Source: Bacillota bacterium
Lineage (GTDB): Bacteria > Bacillota > Sulfobacillia > JBFLWA01
Direction of reading: 5' to 3'
DNA length: 64,000 bases
NCBI GenBank assembly: GCA_040758135.1
Contig: JBFLWA010000005.1
Coordinates: 73,102 to 137,101, forward strand
The stretch's first letter is position 1. Each line of letters starts with the position of its first letter. The notes beneath the pieces are model-generated. The model did no database searches and had not been told where the DNA came from. It saw nothing but the letters and a program-made list of their open reading frames with translations. The translations under genes and the position numbers were made by a program. Below, one piece after another: positions 62,143 to 64,000 of this stretch.

Positions 62143-62171
62143 GGCTAGGAGCATTATACCACAAGGGGTGA
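62143..62171 (-). promoter_or_regulatory. extended -10 sigma-A-type promoter for scfA
   Basis: On the minus strand: TTTACC, 17 nt spacer, TGG-TATAAT, ~20 nt upstream of the RBS. Confidence 0.5.
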
Positions 62172-62275
62172 TGGTGGTAAAGGCAGCGATGCCTGGCAGG
62201 GATTGGCAGGTGACCGCCCTTTACATAAGGTGGTATAATTGATGTACCTAGCCAAGTAACAGATAAAGAGGTGAT

Positions 62276-63289
62276 GTGATGCCGAAGCCGGAGCCGAATC
62301 CCCGGCATTCCCGGCCGTGGCTGCTTTTCGCGGCCCTGGTAGTGCTGGTGGGTTTAGGCCTTGGCGGTTTCTGGGCGGCAGCAGCTATGGAGCCGAGCGG
62401 CTCGCCCAGTATGGCAGGGTATGATCAACTTGACGATCTGGGCCCCAGCCCGGGGGCGGCAGCCCTGAGCCAAGGCGACGAAGCATCCGATGCGACTACT
62501 GATGCAGTAGCTTCCGAACAGGAGTGTGAAGCGGGGGAAGAAACGAGCACTCCCCTGGTAGTTACCTATGTCGTGAAGAGTGGTGATACGCTGTGGGATA
62601 TTGCCATTGCCCACCAGACGACTATCACCTCCGTCAAGTACAATAACGGTCTTTCCAGCAATACCTTGCGCCCGGGCCAAGAGCTTAAGATCCTTACCAT
62701 CGACGGACTGCTCTACAAGGTTAAGTCGGGCGATACCCTATCCGGCATTGCCAGTCGATTTGACACCTCAATTAGCAAGATCGAGGAAGCCAACGGCATT
62801 GACCGCACCTCGCTGCTAGCTATCGGGACACAGCTCATCCTGCCTGATGCCACTCCTCCCCGCCAGGTAACCGTTAAGACCGCCAGCACTGGAGCGGGCA
62901 GGGGACAGACCGCCACCGTCACCGGCAATTACATCTGGCCGGTGCGGGGCCGCATCACATCTCCCTATGGCTGGCGGTGGGGGACGATCCATACCGGTAT
63001 CGACATTGCGGCACCTACCGGAACATCGGTTAAAGCCGCCCGGGCCGGCCAGGTGACTCATTCCGGATGGCTCGGCAATTACGGTTATACGGTAGTCATC
63101 GACCACGGCGGCGGTATGTCCACCGTCTATGCCCATAACTCGGCCCTGTTGGTCAGTGCCGGCCAATGGGTTGAGCAGGGAACAGTAGTCGCCCGCGTGG
63201 GAAGCACCGGTCGCAGTACCGGGCCCCATCTCCATTTTGAGATCAGGGTCAGTGGGCGGCCCATCGATCCCAGACCTCACCTTCCGTAG
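62276..63289 (+). CDS. secreted protein with two LysM domains and a C-terminal M23 peptidase domain
   Basis: 337 aa. LysM repeats (YVVKSGDTLWDIAIAH..., YKVKSGDTLSGIASRF...); M23 block (GIDIAAPTGTSVKAARAGQVTHSGW...GYTVVIDHGGGMSTVYAHNS...GSTGRSTGPHLHFEIR). Confidence 0.8.
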   Translation: MMPKPEPNPRHSRPWLLFAALVVLVGLGLGGFWAAAAMEPSGSPSMAGYDQLDDLGPSPGAAALSQGDEASDATTDAVASEQECEAGEETSTPLVVTYVVKSGDTLWDIAIAHQTTITSVKYNNGLSSNTLRPGQELKILTIDGLLYKVKSGDTLSGIASRFDTSISKIEEANGIDRTSLLAIGTQLILPDATPPRQVTVKTASTGAGRGQTATVTGNYIWPVRGRITSPYGWRWGTIHTGIDIAAPTGTSVKAARAGQVTHSGWLGNYGYTVVIDHGGGMSTVYAHNSALLVSAGQWVEQGTVVARVGSTGRSTGPHLHFEIRVSGRPIDPRPHLP

Positions 63290-63357
63290 GAGAATCGGCT
63301 ACTGAAATACCTAACCCGGGGACTTTTTGTTCCCGGGTTCTGCGCGCCCTGAAGACA

Positions 63358-63390
63358 GAAAAAGAGGCCGGCAGTAGGGCTGCCGGTCTC
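63358..63390 (-). terminator. terminator of the minus-strand ABC permease gene
   Basis: GCCGGCAG-taggg-CTGCCGGT hairpin followed on the minus strand by CTTTTTCT. Confidence 0.45.
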
Positions 63391-63409
63391 TGGACAGGCT
63401 CGGGTTTCG

Positions 63410-64000
63410 CTATTTCTCGCCCCGCTCGTAGGGCTGGCCAGCTGCCGCCGGCGGAGTCGCCTTGCGCACCACTCCGGCCAGGACGGCGATGGTCAGGGCG
63501 TAGGGGAGCATCTGAATGAACTGGTACGGAATCCCCGGAATCTGCACCCGGATGGTAATGGCACCGGCCAGACCGAACAGCAGTGAGGCGACTAACGCCC
63601 CGGTAGGTGTCCAGTTACCGAAGATCATGGCCGCCAGGGCGATGAAGCCCCGCCCGCCGGTCATTCCCTCGAGGTACATACCGGTGTGCTCCATGGCCAT
63701 ATAGACCCCGCCCATACCGGCCAGAGCCCCGCTGATTAGCACGCCAGCGTAGCGCATGGCGGTAACATTGACCCCGAGGGTGTCTGCGGCCAGCGGGTTC
63801 TCGCCGACGGAACGGAGGCGCAATCCGAAAACGGTCCGGTTCAGGACAAAAGCACTGACCGGGACTAGGACCAGAGCTACCACAATCAGGGGAGAAAGAT
63901 TGGTCACCATTGGCTTGAGCCAGGGAATCCGGCTCAGCAGCGGCAGGTTCCAGGTGGTGAAGCCCTTGACGGTCGGCGAAGTAGTGGCCATCGTGAAGAT
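63410..64000 (-). CDS. ABC transporter permease (sugar/nucleoside BMP-family type), C-terminal part; N-terminus beyond window
   Basis: Polytopic. RLRSVGENPLAADTLGVNV...; the frame is open to the window end. Confidence 0.55.
   Translation of the reverse strand: MFTMATTSPTVKGFTTWNLPLLSRIPWLKPMVTNLSPLIVVALVLVPVSAFVLNRTVFGLRLRSVGENPLAADTLGVNVTAMRYAGVLISGALAGMGGVYMAMEHTGMYLEGMTGGRGFIALAAMIFGNWTPTGALVASLLFGLAGAITIRVQIPGIPYQFIQMLPYALTIAVLAGVVRKATPPAAAGQPYERGEK

Overview
This is a GC-rich (~60%+) chromosomal segment of a spore-forming Firmicutes/Clostridia-type bacterium. Supporting evidence: rpoE (RNAP delta subunit) sits upstream of pyrG, murA is linked to the atp operon, there are GerM/LysM-M23 proteins, a YjcZ-like micro-ORF and a SCIFF peptide with its maturase. 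Most genes are on the minus strand. The ORF track renders GTG/TTG starts as M and omits ORFs that run off the window edge.

Features identified with confidence:
- A partial SLH/S-layer protein at the 5' edge (missing from the track).
- Housekeeping genes: pcp, a PhzF-like protein, an OadA-like carboxyltransferase, sppA, alr, pyrG and rpoE.
- An IS200/IS605 tnpA element inserted about 115 bp upstream of rpoE.
- A lysine/beta-lysine aminomutase cluster (kdd, kamA, a P-loop ATPase, kamD, kamE).
- argS, then a polyamine cluster (speB, speE, two tandem pyruvoyl-dependent arginine decarboxylase paralogs).
- A membrane GT2 synthase directly followed by a class-A PBP, then a CPA-type antiporter with a clear sigma-A-like promoter.
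- Two metallopeptidases (M3/M32-like and M48).
- An Mrp-type antiporter module in the permuted E-F-G-B'-B-C-D-D order that is also used by Mbh-type (energy-converting hydrogenase) complexes; it ends at an IS605-family remnant (right-end hairpin, tnpB fragment, and a 28-bp x2 direct repeat).
- An ArsR-regulated ArsP-like permease/thioredoxin-like cluster with a recognizable promoter/operator.
- A gene-decay zone containing AP-superfamily, MFS, IS3 orfA, GNAT and nitroreductase fragments, an intact speH and a tandem zinc-ribbon protein.
- A translationally coupled P-loop kinase plus PD-(D/E)xK/wHTH pair.
- rlmH, a PHP phosphatase, htrA, the complete atpZ-I-B-E-F-H-A-G-D-C operon, murA, an HExxH peptidase, and a GerMN-CapA fusion lipoprotein.
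- Two LysM-M23 peptidases flanking a SCIFF (six-cysteine ranthipeptide-type) precursor gene.

The most noteworthy item is that SCIFF precursor gene (47 aa, absent from the ORF track because it is shorter than 60 aa). It lies immediately upstream of its radical-SAM/SPASM maturase, with an extended -10 promoter and an intergenic attenuator-like hairpin.
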